Below are positions 48,931 through 62,826 of a DNA stretch of 64,000 bases, piece after piece; within the stretch, counting starts at the first letter, position 1, and every line of letters begins with the position of its first letter. Below the pieces are notes generated by a model. It searched no databases. It was not told the origin of the DNA and was given only the letters and a program-made list of their open reading frames with translations. This DNA comes from Eledone cirrhosa (lineage: Eukaryota), in assembly GCA_964016885.1 (NCBI GenBank), contig OZ024746.1, positions 20,336,001-20,400,000 on the forward strand, written 5' to 3'. The translations under genes and the position numbers were made by a program.

Positions 48931-51767
48931 TTTGCTCTGCAAAATTTATTAAGAAACTAAATAAGTAATTCTTATTAAAATTTGTATCTTATAAATTTTG
49001 CTTTAAAATAGAAATACAGCCAATAAACAATCGATCAACAAGATCCCAGACCTCATTCACTTACCAAGTGGTGTGGAACACTTCAAATGAGACCAAGGAA
49101 ACAATATTTCCATTGGTCTTACCATTGCTGATACTTCTACCGGTCATGTGAAATAAAGTATCTTGCTCAAGACATAATGCTGGTTCGAGAAATCAAACTT
49201 GCATCCAGACAATTGCGAATCCAATTCTCTAACAACTATGCCATGCTAATAAACAAATTCATTTAAATTTTATCTTTTGAACTGAGAGAGCGAATACTAC
49301 ACAGTATTATATCTGCCATTCTAATGACTGACAATTTGCTAACTTATTTCATTATATAGACATGTATATAATTTCATTTATTTGATAACCAGGTTAAATT
49401 ACAAATCCCGTGAAACAGTCAGTTTAGTCTGTTTGTGTATAAATATTGAAGCATTTAAAAAACCCATGCTTTTCTAGAATATATGGGAATTCTTCAAAGT
49501 AAATAGTTGTTTTAATTTCAAATCATTTTAGTTCTTTGTAACTGCCATTCAGTAATGTTAACCCTCTTCTAGCACATTGCATAAATGTGAAGAATAAAGA
49601 GCAATTTATTTTGCCAATAACTATGTTATGTCACATATATAAATGCTTTTAGTTTTGTGATTTTTAGTTGATAGGTTGCCAGACTATTTGAGCTAAAATG
49701 TTCAGAAGTTCTTATATCTGACAGAGGTAAGCTTCAGTAACACAAAATTAAATGTACTACTTAAACACAAAACTAAATGCTTGTAATGGATTTTGTTTTC
49801 TCTAAGCTGATGCAAATGCAACTGTCTTTATAGCTGTTTTGAATGTAAATACATTCAAAACAGCTATGTTGCCATATTGAAATGTCAGTTCTCTTGCCGT
49901 CTTCCTGTTTCATTTTTAATATACATTGGTACAGTTGGTACATACTACAGCTTTAAGATTACGGTGTAGGGCTGGTAATTGCATAAAAATGGGGACTTGA
50001 TAGAGGAACCCCCTACCATTAAAACTCTTAAAGAAACCTCCTATGAGGTGCTGCCTAAAACTATCAGGGTCCGAGTCGTAGCAATCACAAAGTTTATTTT
50101 AGAACCTCTATTGTTGCTAATTTCACTTCACTTTCACCAAGGATTTATAGCTGTAAAAAAATTCTAACAATATACAAATGTTTAAATTAGTAAAATTATC
50201 GTACCAATGTTGTATGTATGAATCTATAACTTCTGAGGGAATTGTAGAGGTGCCATATTGACATTCAGCATTTCTAGGGCATTGTTTCAAACCTGGTAGA
50301 GCCCATCTCTTCTCCATGTCTGAATACAGAAGATTTCTTCCAGAGAAGAATAGTGAGAGAAAAGAAGTGAGAAAGAGATATAAAGGAAGAATCGACCCCA
50401 ATACTAGACTGATACTTTTTTTTTTTATCAACCTTGAAAGGCAGTCATGTTGATGTGGACCAAAAGATTCTGCCTGATTAATGTTTTGAAATCTTTCATT
50501 ATAAATCTAAACATTTATTTCACTTCCATTAAAAGGTATGAGTCTTTCTGTTCTAGTTAGGTAAATCTGTTGTCTTTCTTAATTTCACACTTCTTTTTTT
50601 TTTTTTTATAACTATCTAAATATGCTGGCATGCAAATATGAAAAATCTGCATGTACAAATATGTTAAAAATTTGTTAGGGTATAAACAAATATAATTTTT
50701 AGATAAAAGAAATCTACCCAAGAAACCTCTAACCTAAACCTGTGCAGGTGTGAATTGTAACAGTAGTTTTGGAATTGCTTTTATATTATTCTGGTATGTG
50801 AGTTTCATGGGTATGAGAGGATTGAAATCTGGCAATACGAAGTCACTGTTCAAAAGTGTTGGTTGTAAAATCTCAGAGAAACACCTTGTATCAGATATGA
50901 GGTTGTTAAAATTTATGTATTCAGTAAATGTTTTTTTTGTTTTTTTTACCATGTTCTCTTTCTTACTTTTCATAGTCCTTAGGACAATTAATGGCTTTTG
51001 ACTTAGAAGTAAGAGTTAATGCTAATAGAATATTAGTTGCAGTTTAGTGCTTGATTGAATTTTATGAATCAAAAATTTCTAGTTAACTTTGAATATCCTG
51101 GACTGCATGAAACAAAGTGGTGAATTGACAGTTGTTTGAATGTGGTATTTGTTCCAACTCTTTGAGTCCAAATCCCACCGAGGTCAACTTTGCCTTTCCT
51201 TCTTTCGAGGTCGACAAAAAAAAAAGTACCATTCTTGTACTCACTTTCTATCCTTTTTTGGAAGAAATCTGTTGTGTTCAGACATGGAGAGGGATGGGTT
51301 CTGCTAGGTTTAAAATGCCCAAGAAACTTTGTATGCCACCATATGAATGGAGGGATGTTGTGCTGAAAAGGACCCATCCAACCCATGTGAACATAAAAAC
51401 AATGATGATGATGTATTCATATATGGAAATAAAAATCAATAAATTTTTTACATTTATGTGATGGTATATTGAAGGAATCTGTTCATTTTAAGTATACAGA
51501 TTCAACAAGAATTATTTTGTTGTGATGGTTAATTCCTATTGAATATATTTACTGTTATTTGTAGTTGATTATCACTTAATTTAGCTAAAAAATTTGTAAT
51601 TAAAGTTTAATTTGTCACAGCAGTTTTTATGATAGCAATGTTTCATAATGGTTGTTCCATTGACACCATTTTTCTGGTGAGCAGCTTGTTACATTGTATG
51701 GTTTACATATTTTATTATACAAAGCTGTTTATACAAAAACACTAGAAAAAGAAAAAAAAAATTGTAA

Positions 51768-52780
51768 ACCATTACTGTTTTTGGTGGCTCTCTCTGACAT
51801 GCCCTCTGTGGTACATAGAACAACGTCCCTCACTAGCTATGCTGATGACACTAAGGTAGCACAGGCAATCAAAAACCCGGTTGACGCTGCTCTTTTACAA
51901 CAAGATCTGAATGCCATATACAAATGGGCGGAAGACAACAACATGCAGGTTAATGCTGGCAAATTCCAAGCCCTACAATACAAACCTGCAAACACAAATA
52001 CAGTACAACACAGTTACGCAGGACTAGGAGGGACCGATATCCCCGTGGCAAAATCGATACGAGGCCTGGGTATAGACATGAGTGATGATGCATCTTTTTC
52101 ACACATCATGAAAGTGGCGACAATGTGCAGACGACTTGCTGGCTGGATATTGAGGACTTTCCGAACAAGATACCGAGACACCATGTTGACACTATGGAGG
52201 ACAGTTGTCCTAAGCCGCCTGGACTATTGCTCCTAGTTGTGGTCACCACATAGTGTCAAACTAACCATGGAGCTTGAAGCAATCCAGTGAAGCTACACCA
52301 AGAGGATTGCCACGATGAAGGAGATAAGCTACTGGGAGAAGCTAAAAGAACTGAACCTCTACTCCTTGGAACGAAGACGGGAGGGACTAGCACCAAACTT
52401 TGGCATTGGGAGCTGGACCAACCGTCGAACAGGACGTCACTGTGTGGTGCCAAAGGTCCCGTCTTCCACATCTAGAATAAGGAGCATATATTGCAATAGC
52501 CTGGGGTTTAAGGGCCCTCAACTTTTCAACAAGATGCCGAGGGATCTGAAAGATCTGCATGGTGTGGAGGTGGATGGCTTCAAGAAACATCTCGACACCT
52601 GGCTATCCAGGATCCCGGATGAGCCCACAGCAATGCACGAGGGAAACCTAAGGGCAGCAGCAACAAACTCCCTCTTGCACCAGTGGCCAACCAATACAGG
52701 CTGGAGATAAAATGTGTAGCAACAAGGGCGGTGCCCCAGCATGGCCTCAGCCGGAGGGCTGGAACAGGTAAAAGAGTAAT
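51768..52780 (+). mobile_element. CR1/L2-group LINE 3' fragment
   Basis: PLLFLVALSDMP, SYADDTKV, LQQDLNAIYKWA, RLDYCS, LNLYSLERRR, GPQLFN, FKKHLD.WL..IPDEP, NSLLHQ with in-frame stops; short tandem tail. Confidence 0.88.
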
Positions 52781-55700
52781 ATTGGTTTGATAGAACACTA
52801 ACTAAAATATCTCAAAGTATATCATTGTCTCTATATAAGTTCAAATCACAGCAAGGTTGATAATATAAGTACCCGTCATGTATTTTAGTAGTGTTTCCAC
52901 TGCAAAATGAGTGGCCTTCTACATATATCAGAAATATTATTTTATTAACCCTTTTGATAGTAAATTGTCTGAAACAGTTCTGGATATATAATACAAAATT
53001 GCTCATTTATAAATGTTTATCCTTATATATTAAAACATTTCATCATAGTTATATTTTAGAAATTTTTTCTGAAGTAATGTTCTAAATATTATCTTACTAA
53101 TGGGAAAAGTTATTTTATTAAATTCCTCCCAAATGTTTGGTTATTTTCAAAATTAATTGTACAAGCAGGTTATGTCATTAGAAATACAAAAATGAAAGGA
53201 TTGAATGGTGAATAGTGTTTTCTGGATTAACTTTTTTTTTTTTTTTTTTAAACTCTTTTTTTTACTCTTAGCAATAAAACATCTGTTTTCTATATGAACA
53301 GAGTAAATTGAATTAGGTTCTTTTACTCTTAACATCTTGCACTACACAAAGCTGCATTAAAAAGATGTTCTTGAAAAGTACAAAACAGTACTGACTGCAT
53401 CACATTGAAAATTTAGTAGATATTCTTTACCAAGATACTGCAAATTTTCATTATGATCTGTCCATTTTCATCATCATCATCACTGTTTAATGTTCATTTT
53501 TCCAGCATGGACTAGGTGCTTTTTATTGTGGCACCAAAACGATCACTTTACAGGGTGGACTGGATGCTTTTTGTCGTGTCAACCAACATGACCACTTTAC
53601 AGATAAAATAAACATTTAAATTAACAAACCTATTTTTAGATATTTTCTGCTAAATACAGAAAGTATTTAGTTTTGGTTATCAACTTTTCTTGGATATTTG
53701 ATACGGATATATGATACAGTTAGATTTTGTCAGTTTATAACTTGCTTGATTTCAAAGATTGAGAGTTTTTTTTATTACGCTTGGAGAATGTAATCAGGAA
53801 AACTGGATAGTTAAATATAATATGAGGCATTACAAGAGCAACAGGTATTTACCTTTAAAATGTACTGGTCAGTTATTGAGAGATAATAGAAATAATTGTT
53901 TGATTAAATTGATGTGTATTTTGGCTGAGATGATGTGTGCCCTAATTTATATTGTGTAGTAGTGAGATAACTGTAAGAGTGATTGATAAGTTAGGAAAAG
54001 AATGGAATACCAAGTTCTTAGCTGAGAATGGTGTATACTTTTAAGTCTTGTTCAAATCTAGCTGGTCAAGGTCGTAAATATAACTAGAGCAAATGATAGT
54101 CTTGTTGTCTAGGCTACTAATTGACACAGGTGTAGGTATTTGTATCTGTTGGTTTTTAATCATATCTTTTATAACTCGGGTTAAGTGTATGTATGTATGT
54201 TATGTATTGTATGTTAACTTCATCTGGTTTTTGTTAATCATGGTTTACCCAATTTGTAAAACTAAATTATATGAAAAGTTGTGACTGATTAAAAGATCAG
54301 AGGAGATCTTAATTATAGTAGGTAAATAAGTAGCGGAGTAGAATCGTGTCAGCAACTTGGTTTTGATTCCTATTTGGATCAACTTCTCATCATTTATATA
54401 AGCAGTGCTTTTAAGGAAAAGTTTAAATGCCTTAAGATATCACTTTGTTTCGCTTGAAAAAATATCTCAAACTTTATGCTGATTCAACAAGCATTTTAAG
54501 GCCATTTTCTCTGCTAATGCAAATGTTAACTATGCAGATCCCATGATAAGGTTTTTCATTTTGCCCTGTCATCTGCATCCCCATCACCAACACAGTGACT
54601 TTCATTTCTTCCTCTATCATCTTTAGCCAGGTCTTTCTAGGCCTTCCTCTTCTACTTCTTTCCATATTCATTTCCATCATTCCCCTCAACACATGATCCA
54701 ACCATTCTATTTATATTCACAGCATCCATCACTGGTTCTATTTCCATTATCATCTATGTCATTGTCTTCCTCTCTCTCAGAAATTGTTTATGGTCTCCAC
54801 CCTTCAGTAATGAGGATAGGAAATAAAGAGTATTCTGAGGGCAACTGAATTGGCTGTTTTCGTTGTTTTAAAGTGTTTGATTAGTACCTAGTCAAAATTA
54901 GATTAGACAATAGTAGTGTTGTGTGGAATTCTTTGGTTTGTTTTAGTTATCACCAAATTTAGAGAAATGTTTAACTATGTTGGCATTGTCATTCATTTAG
55001 TTTTTTTAATTGTGACATTATAAAAAAACACTATCAATATTTTCTTGTTTCCACTCTGTTAAATATATTTAGTCTTTAAAAAAAGTTAAAAGCAGTGTAA
55101 TGATAAACCTGCTTTCTGTGATGTTATGTGACAGAGTACAAAACTCCTCCCTGGACATGATTCCAGTCTATCACAGGGTTAAACCCCCAGCTACATCTGT
55201 TGGTACTCATTTTCAGCTGAGTATACTGGAGCAATGGGAAATGAAGTGTTTTGCTCAAGAACACAACACACAACCCACAACCCAATCCAGGAATCTAACC
55301 CACAGGCCCCATCGCGTACCATTGTAGTTGTTGTAGAAGAAGCAGGAAGACAACAACTGGAAAGTTTGATTTTCTACTTTATCATTTAAGAAATAAAAAA
55401 AAATAAAAAAAGATAAGAGAATTCTGGCCGGATATGGCCGGTTTAAATCCTAAAGGGTTAAACAATGGAAATAAAACAAAAGTTGAAGATATGTTCTTAA
55501 TAAGTTCAGTTTTACGATCATGAATGTAAGTCCAACACACTTACTACTTGGCCATGCATCTCCACACACACGCATTATTTTATTAAAGAAAGATTAAGGC
55601 ACTTCATGTCATTGTATTATATAATATAGAAGCCAGATTAATGTTATACTGATCTCAGTAGTATGAATATGATAGATTTTTAAAATGGAAAGTCTATCCT

Positions 55701-57398
55701 AAATGAATGTGCAGGTAATATATATGGCTCAAGTGTTGTAATGAAGCTCATCAGGAAGTTGATCATTAGTATAAAAGTCAAAGGTGGCAACCAGATGTTG
55801 CAGTAGAAGAATGCTGTAACAATAATTTGGAATGTAATGTTAACAGATTTTTCACTTGTGGCCCTTGTTGTATATTATTATTTCTCTCAAATCCCGCCGA
55901 GGTTGACTTTGCCTTTCATCCTTACGGGGTCGATAAAATAAAGTACCAGTAATGCACTGGGTAATTGCTGGCCTTGTGCCAAAAGTAGAAACAATTATTT
56001 CTCTTAGTATTTGACACTAACCTTTTGTTTTAACACTACCTCTCCTAGCCATTTTTAACATGACCATACCAAAATTGCTCTAAGTTTATAAATTAAGATA
56101 AAAGCACATTTTCATTGAAGCTTTCAAACTGAATTTTCTAAAGGATATTGCAAACAATTTTATTATATTTACAGATTACTAAATAAAACAAACAATCTAA
56201 TATAATAAAATGTAAGCAAAAAAAAACTTGTAAAAAAAATTCATTTTCTGTAATTATCAACATACTTTTGTAGCTATGGACAGATGATAAAATGTTTTAG
56301 CAAATAATTGGGAATAAGTATGATCTTTCAGACTATCAGTTTTAGGTTAAAGGAAAGTCTGAATGCATGTACAAATAGCATTTTGAGATACATTACATTT
56401 ACAAACTCAAAGACCTCTCAAGACATTAAAGATAATAATTGAGGAAGAATCAAAATTATCCAGTGAAGAACTGAGGCCGTTAATGTTCGATTGTGTGAGA
56501 TGGAAAGGTTTTATGTCACTACAAAGAAGTGGATGAATTTAGTAGTAGCAGCAGCAGCTCAAGGAAGCAACTTTGATTCAGTAGTATTTACTAATGTATC
56601 CAGAGGAGATACATGTAATACAAATGGATAGTAAATTCTGAATATAAACTCAATAAAGCAATTACAATGTTTGTTGTTTGTTTCATAGAATCCATTTGTT
56701 AATTAACTAGCATTTGCTTGGTAATAAATTTTGTTTTCAATTTAAAAAGATGTTTGTAAAACTCTGAATTTTTTTTTTCGGTATGTAAATTTATATATTT
56801 ATGTATGTTGTATCTATCCATATAATACTAAAACTGGCTGGTAGAGATTTTTTTTTTGATATTATATAGATGATGATTTGATTTGAATTGGATAAATAAT
56901 GAACAAGAACTTAACCAGTAATGTAAGCAGCTGGCAATGGAGTGTCAGCACTACACAACTTATGGCATGATTTTTTGGTAATGAAAAGAATTAAGCAGTG
57001 AAAGAAAGGGAGGAAAGACGGACACCTTACCCCAGTCTGAGTGGTGTTTCAGCTGTGCGCGACATCATCATGGAGAATGGTCAGAGATATCTGCTGCAAC
57101 AGCTACCTCATCTCATGGAGCTCCTTCCTCAGATGGGCTGATGTCTTTGCAATTTTCGCAGTGCAGGGACTAAGGACACCAGAGGTCTCGATGGAGACTG
57201 GCACAAAGAATCGGTCGGTTAGGCCCTGGTATTTAACTTGTGGCATGTTTAGTAGTGATGATGTCATTAGTGAAATGACATGTTATAAGATGGCAACACA
57301 GTTGTTAGTGATTAATAAAATTTTAATTGCAATGGTTGTGAAATAGTTGGATTCTAAAATTGGCTTATTTTAAATCTGCATTTAATGTTTTCTTCCAG

Positions 57399-57525
57399 AT
57401 TAAAAGAAGTTGCTGAAAAGATAAGCCGATATGGTTTTACAAGTCCTCCTGCTCTGTCAGCTTTACGAAACTTAGTTATCGCACAATGTGTGTTGGGACC
57501 CAATTATGTAGCTCTGTTACTGGAG
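57399..57525 (+). CDS. UBR5: UBR5 exon
   Basis: ttccag|A TTA AAA GAA...CTG GAG|gtaatt; phase 2-0. Confidence 0.9.
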
Positions 57526-60500
57526 GTAATTATATTCTATACTATTTATTTGTATAATTATGTTATTTGCTTGTTTCTAATATTATGAAATAATGTTTAC
57601 AGAATCTGTGTTTACAACTAGCTTAATCAATAACAGAATCTTTTAATTTATAAAGTGTTAATTTACAGTTGTATAGTATAAAGTGCATGTGAGACAAATC
57701 TTTGAACATGGAGGCACATGGCTTAGTGGTTAGAGCATTGGCCTTGCAATCAAAAGATTGAGTTCAATTCTCAGACTGGGTGATGTGTTGTTTCCTTGAG
57801 CAAGACACTTTATTTCACATTGCTCCAGTTTACTCAGCTGTAGAAATGAGATGATAGGACTGGGGTCCCTATCATTCCACTGCAAAGTGGTCGTGGAGGT
57901 GCCACGGCAAAAAAGCACCCAGCCCACACTGTAAAGTGGACGTGTAGGCGCCATGGAAAAAAAGCACCCATCACTCACTGTAAATGAGGTTGGTGTTAGG
58001 AAGGGCATCTAGCTGTAGAAATCGAGCCAGAATCAGTTCCCGTCCCACCCTTGCAAGCAGGGAAAAGCGGACGTAAAATGATGATGATGATAGCACCAGC
58101 CTTGCAGTTTAAAATCTCAAAAGATTTGATACCTATTTCCTAAAGGAAGATGAACTGGACCATATCAAATTAAGTGTACTTCTTCGAAAAGACTCTTTAG
58201 CTGGTAGACTATTACTTTTCCTTGTGCATTTTATCTATTAACTTCTTCGCCCACTTATTCCTGAGAGGATTGTGGGAGCAGAAACACTCCTAGCAGGTCC
58301 TGTCAGAAGCAACTATCTCCAATTGATCCTGTTGGATCCTCAAGTGAGACCAGCTGAGATCATAGATGTTATCCAATCATCTTGCTCAAGGTCTCCTGCT
58401 TGTTGGTTTTGCCTGTAAAATCTGTCCAACAATACTTTCCTGAGACATTCTAACCACATGCCCTTAATATTGGAGATTTGATCTCTCAATTCGGAGAAGT
58501 AGTGGCTCTACCTGGAGTAACTCTGTTTTCCAAGCTTTACACCCTGTCGAGTAACGTTACTCCAAAGACCCTTCAGAAGAACTCCCTTTTGGCTGCTTGT
58601 ATTTGCAATTGTTTTCTTTCGGTCATTACCCAAGATTCATGACCATAATAGTGATATTATAAATTTCAAAATATTTTTCAGATACTTTAAATTCTTTTAA
58701 TTCTATAAAACAAGATTGATAAATCTAAGTAATTAATAATTCATAACTTTTATTGAGAACTACTTCTGCTTCTTTTGGAATCTGGGAGATATTGGGTTTG
58801 ATTCCTCATAGCGGTCGGTGGTAACTTCTTTTTCTCTCTTTAAAGGGTTTTCACCCTATTTTTATAGCATCTCTGTGCATGAGCACATCTTTATTTATAT
58901 TAAATATATATTTCTTTGTAATGTGTGTTGTATTTGAATGTTATTTCCACAGGATAGTCGAGTGTGCCGAGTACATTTCAATGTTCTTAATGAAAGATTA
59001 GATCTAAATAAGAATGACAACAAAACGTGAGTATTTCAAAATATTTCAACATTCATTATTGATTTTACATTTGCTTTATTTCATGCTGGCATGGGGTGGA
59101 CGAGGTTGGATGGACGACGTTTGTGATGTCAATCAATGGGTTTTTTTTTTAAAGAAGATACCTGCTCTCTTGTACTTCACATATTGATCAGATTGTTTGT
59201 GTGGTACATAAATATATCCATTCACACATACACACGTGTGTGTGTGTATATATATGTGTGTGTGTATTGAACAATGAAAATAAAACAACAAAAGTTGGAG
59301 AGGTTTTTAATTAGTTCATTGAACTAATTAAGAACCCATCTTCGATTTTTGTTTTATTTTCTTTGTTCAACATACACACACATATAAATGACTTTGTAGC
59401 TAGAATAGGATCTTGGAGGGAACCTTATGCAATGAGAGCCTTTTATAGCACTTTCTGCCTAATCTCATTGAAACCATCTCTTCAAAGCTGCATTGAGTTT
59501 TAACAATGTTGACCCCACCATAAACGGATGGATACCAGTGTGCGTGTATTATGGGCATTGTGTGCAGAGGATATACGCAGACTAGAGAGGAACGAAGCTT
59601 GCATGCTCCGCTGGATGTGTAACAGTAATATACGTGAACGGCAAAGCATAAACGAACTAAGGAATAAATTAGAGATAAGAGGGATCAGATGTTGTTTACT
59701 CGAGAGAAGGCTACGTTGGTATGGACACGTGATGCGCATGAAAGTCGATAGCTGTATAACAAAGTGCAGGGCAATAAAGATAGACGGTAGTCACGGAATA
59801 GGCAGACCTAGAAAAACCTGGGACGAGCTGATAAACTCCGACATCACACACTTACACCTCTCCAAGACAATGTCACTGGACCGAGACCTTTGGCGGTACT
59901 CAGTAACAGAGAAGACCCGCCTTACCTAAATATATAGTAAAACCTACTCCAGCCAGTAGGCATCTCTAACAAATACACCCCGTCCCACCACCCCCACCCG
60001 ATCCACACCACCCCGTTCTATGTAAAGTTATGTTGGTGCCGCGCCATCGAGGCCGAAACAAATGAGATCGTGTAGGTGTCACGACAAAAAAACACACAGT
60101 CCACGCTGTAATGTGGCCGTGTAGGCAACACGGTAAAAACCTCCCAGACCCACACTGTAAATGTGGTTGGTGTTAGGAAGGGCATCCAACTGTAGAAAAC
60201 CTGCCAGACAGTCCTATGCGAGCAAGACAATCACTCTTGCCTCAAGTGGGACTACCCCCGTCCAAACCCATGCAAGCGTGGAACACGGACGTTAAACGCT
60301 GATGATGATGATGATGATGAAACGGGTTTACTTTGTCATTATGTAGAATTTTTTTAAATTTTCATTTGAATATATTTTCCCTACCTCTCCTTTTATTTAA
60401 AAAACATTTTTTTTAATTTTTAAGGAAACCTGATAAAAGTGAAAAGACTGAGCGCACAGCAGCAAGGAGTAATACATTTGTGGTTGAGAGCCCACTTGTG

Positions 60501-62826
60501 TTGGTATCTGATGCTTTTGGATCTTCAGCACCTCAGCCATCTGGGTAATTATGTACATTATATCCATCTATCATTATTATCATTGCTTGCATGGGTTAGA
60601 CAGGTTGCCACACTCTGAGGCTAGACAGGTAGTATTGGAAAAAGAGAGGGTCTGCTACAAATAAACTCAACAGAAGGAGGAAGTGCTATTAAAGTTGACA
60701 GCAGCACCTCCATCACTCTATTTTCCCTGCTATACTCATGACTACGCATTTTATCCACTTTTAGCCACCATTCTGTCCTCGCTCATCATCACACACTTAT
60801 CTTGAAACCAGGTAACCTTCCTATTGTTGGTGCCACTATAAAAAGAAATGGATGTAAAATAATGATGCTGATTGTAAAGGATGATGGGGAATAGAACCAG
60901 GGATGAATGTTGTGAAAAGAAATGGAATGAGATGGTTGGGTCATGAGTTGAAGAATGATAGGAGTGATGGAAATGAAGAATGATAGGAGTGGTGGAAGGA
61001 AGTAGAGGAAGAGGACAACCAAAAAAGACATGGCTAAAGATGGAAGAGGAAATGAAACAGATGTAGATGATAGGGAAAAAAGGGGGATGTTTACCATGGA
61101 GCTTGCTTTAACTGAGAAAATGATCTTAAAATGCTTTTTTTGTTCTAATATTCATATATTGTCCATTGGATTGTAGGCGGTGGGGATCTGGCTCCTCAAA
61201 TTCTGCATCTCGTAGCAATAATAACCAACAGGGATATAACAGAATGGCTAGAGCTGTAGTGAACAGAGGTCGGCGTTCAGGGGTTATAGTTGGAGCTCGA
61301 CCCTTAGTACCAGCTTCTGTTGTTCCAGAAGAACTCATCAATCAGGTAAGGATTACATATTTATTCATGCTGATCTTTAATTTATGATCTTTATTATGTA
61401 TGTCCATATTTTCAATGAAGCTACCTTGTTTAAATTAATATTTTATATTAAAATCATATGTCAACTTGTTATATTCAAATGTTATGATTTGAAAAGGTTG
61501 AACCATACTTATATGTTTATAATAAATGTGTGTCAAGTCCTTTCGTTTATGTCTAATTTAACTATTTATTGAAATGACTAAATTATTCTTATGACAATTC
61601 TATTATTATTATTATTAGTAGTAGTATTTATGTTTTTCTATGGTTATAAATTTTTTTTTGTATATAAATTTCCTGCATAAACTGGCTAATCCTTTTGATA
61701 AGTTGATCAAAAGTTAAATGTATTCCAACTTTTTCATAAGTTAACATGAAATACCAAACATGGTATACACAAATTATTCCTTTCAAATTGTTTGTAGATC
61801 CTCTATATTAACTTGCCCATGTTTTATTGTCATCTTGACACTTTATATGCATACCACTTATAAGAGAAACTGTTTGCTGCTAACAGAGATAAGTTCTCTT
61901 AATTTTCTATCTCCATAAAAAAATTTTGTTTGAATTTGAGCCTAAATACCAAATTTCAAAATTTACAAAGATAATTTTAACATAAAACTAAATGTACAAG
62001 GTAGGTGGAAAGAAACTCCTTATTGAAAATTACTTATAACTTTTGGCCTAATGTGACCACTTGGGACATCAGTGACCTCATATTCATGCAGGATGGAGCT
62101 CTCTCCTCATTTTGCATGCACTGTCTTGGAGTGGCTTGATGTCCAATTTCCAGGACATTGTCGAGGTCGACATGAATGGCCAGCAAGAAGCCCTGACTTA
62201 ACGCCATGTGATTTTTTTTTTTTTTTTTCCTGTGGGGGTGAGCAAAGGAAGAAGTTTATAGCTCAAAACCAAAAGATTGTAACTCAATTGGCGGAACACT
62301 TTTGTCATGTACTCATCAACATATCGCCTGAGTTCCTGATGAAGTCAATCGAGGATATACTCAGATGATTGGTGGACAATGCTGGTGCCTATGTAAAAGT
62401 TTAACACTGTACTTCTACCATTATACTGTTCAAAATAAAACATGTTTTATGAAAATTGACCAATAAGTAATAAAGTTATTAGCAATTTTAAATAGGGAGT
62501 TTCTTTCCACCCACCTTGTATATATGTGATGTTTTTTGCTCTTTGTCTTCTGGAAATAATTATTGCCAGTTCATTGGAAATGGTTGCTTTGGCTGTCAAT
62601 CAATGCAGGTTCAAACTCAATACATACTCTTCTACAAATTAAAGTTTTAGGTAACTTTCTAAACACATATTCTCCCTTTCCTTTTCATATATCATTGTAG
62701 AAGCAAACTTTCATATATTAATTATTTGAAGAGTTTGTTTAAATCTAGTTCTCCATTTCTCTGCAGTGTCAAGTTGTATTGCAAGGAAAATCACGCAACC
62801 TGATAATTCGTGAACTACAGAGAACT
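57399..62826 (+). CDS. UBR5: E3 ubiquitin-protein ligase UBR5 (hyperplastic discs/EDD), five N-terminal exons; first exon not found; gene continues beyond window
   Basis: Exons 57399-57525, 58953-59026, 60425-60544, 61177-61345 and 62767-62826 join in frame: RLKEVAEKISRYG...AQCVLGPNYVALLLEDSRVCRVHF...[36 protein letters not shown]. This matches the UBR5 N-terminus and UBA domain. Confidence 0.93.
57711..58091 (+). mobile_element. CORE-like tRNA SINE with RTE tail (UBR5 intron)
   Basis: TGGCTTAGTGGTTAG A box, GAGTTCAATTC B box, core, LINE-like tail, (GAT)n. Confidence 0.87.
58953..59026 (+). CDS. UBR5: UBR5 exon
   Basis: ccacag|GAT AGT CGA GTG TGC CGA...AAA AC|gtgagt; DSRVCRVHFNVLNERLDLNKNDNK. 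Confidence 0.9.
59545..60320 (+). mobile_element. RTE LINE 3' fragment with 3' UTR and (GAT)n tail (UBR5 intron)
   Basis: [29 protein letters not shown]...RLRWYGHV, near-identical to the C-terminus of the 42.5-kb copy. Confidence 0.92.
60425..60544 (+). CDS. UBR5: UBR5 exon (low-complexity linker)
   Basis: tttaag|G AAA CCT...TCT GG|gtaatt; phase 2-2, in frame with neighbours. Confidence 0.78.
61177..61345 (+). CDS. UBR5: UBR5 exon (start of UBA)
   Basis: ttgtag|G CGG TGG...AAT CAG|gtaagg; ...[22 protein letters not shown]. Confidence 0.92.
61997..62518 (+). mobile_element. Tc1/mariner internally deleted element
   Basis: TA target duplications; ~47-bp TIRs CAAGGTRGGTGGAAAGAAACTCCYTATT...; transposase remnant HFA..V..WLD..FPG...EWPARSPDLTPCDFF. 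Confidence 0.9.
62767..62826 (+). CDS. UBR5: UBR5 exon (UBA domain)
   Basis: ctgcag|TGT CAA GTT...AGA ACT|gtaagt; [20 protein letters not shown]. Confidence 0.93.

Noticed and set aside
49690-49732. Strong donor GAG|GTAAGC as UBR5 exon 1
   Set aside because: The required phase-2 frame contains a stop and shows no similarity to the UBR5 N-terminus.
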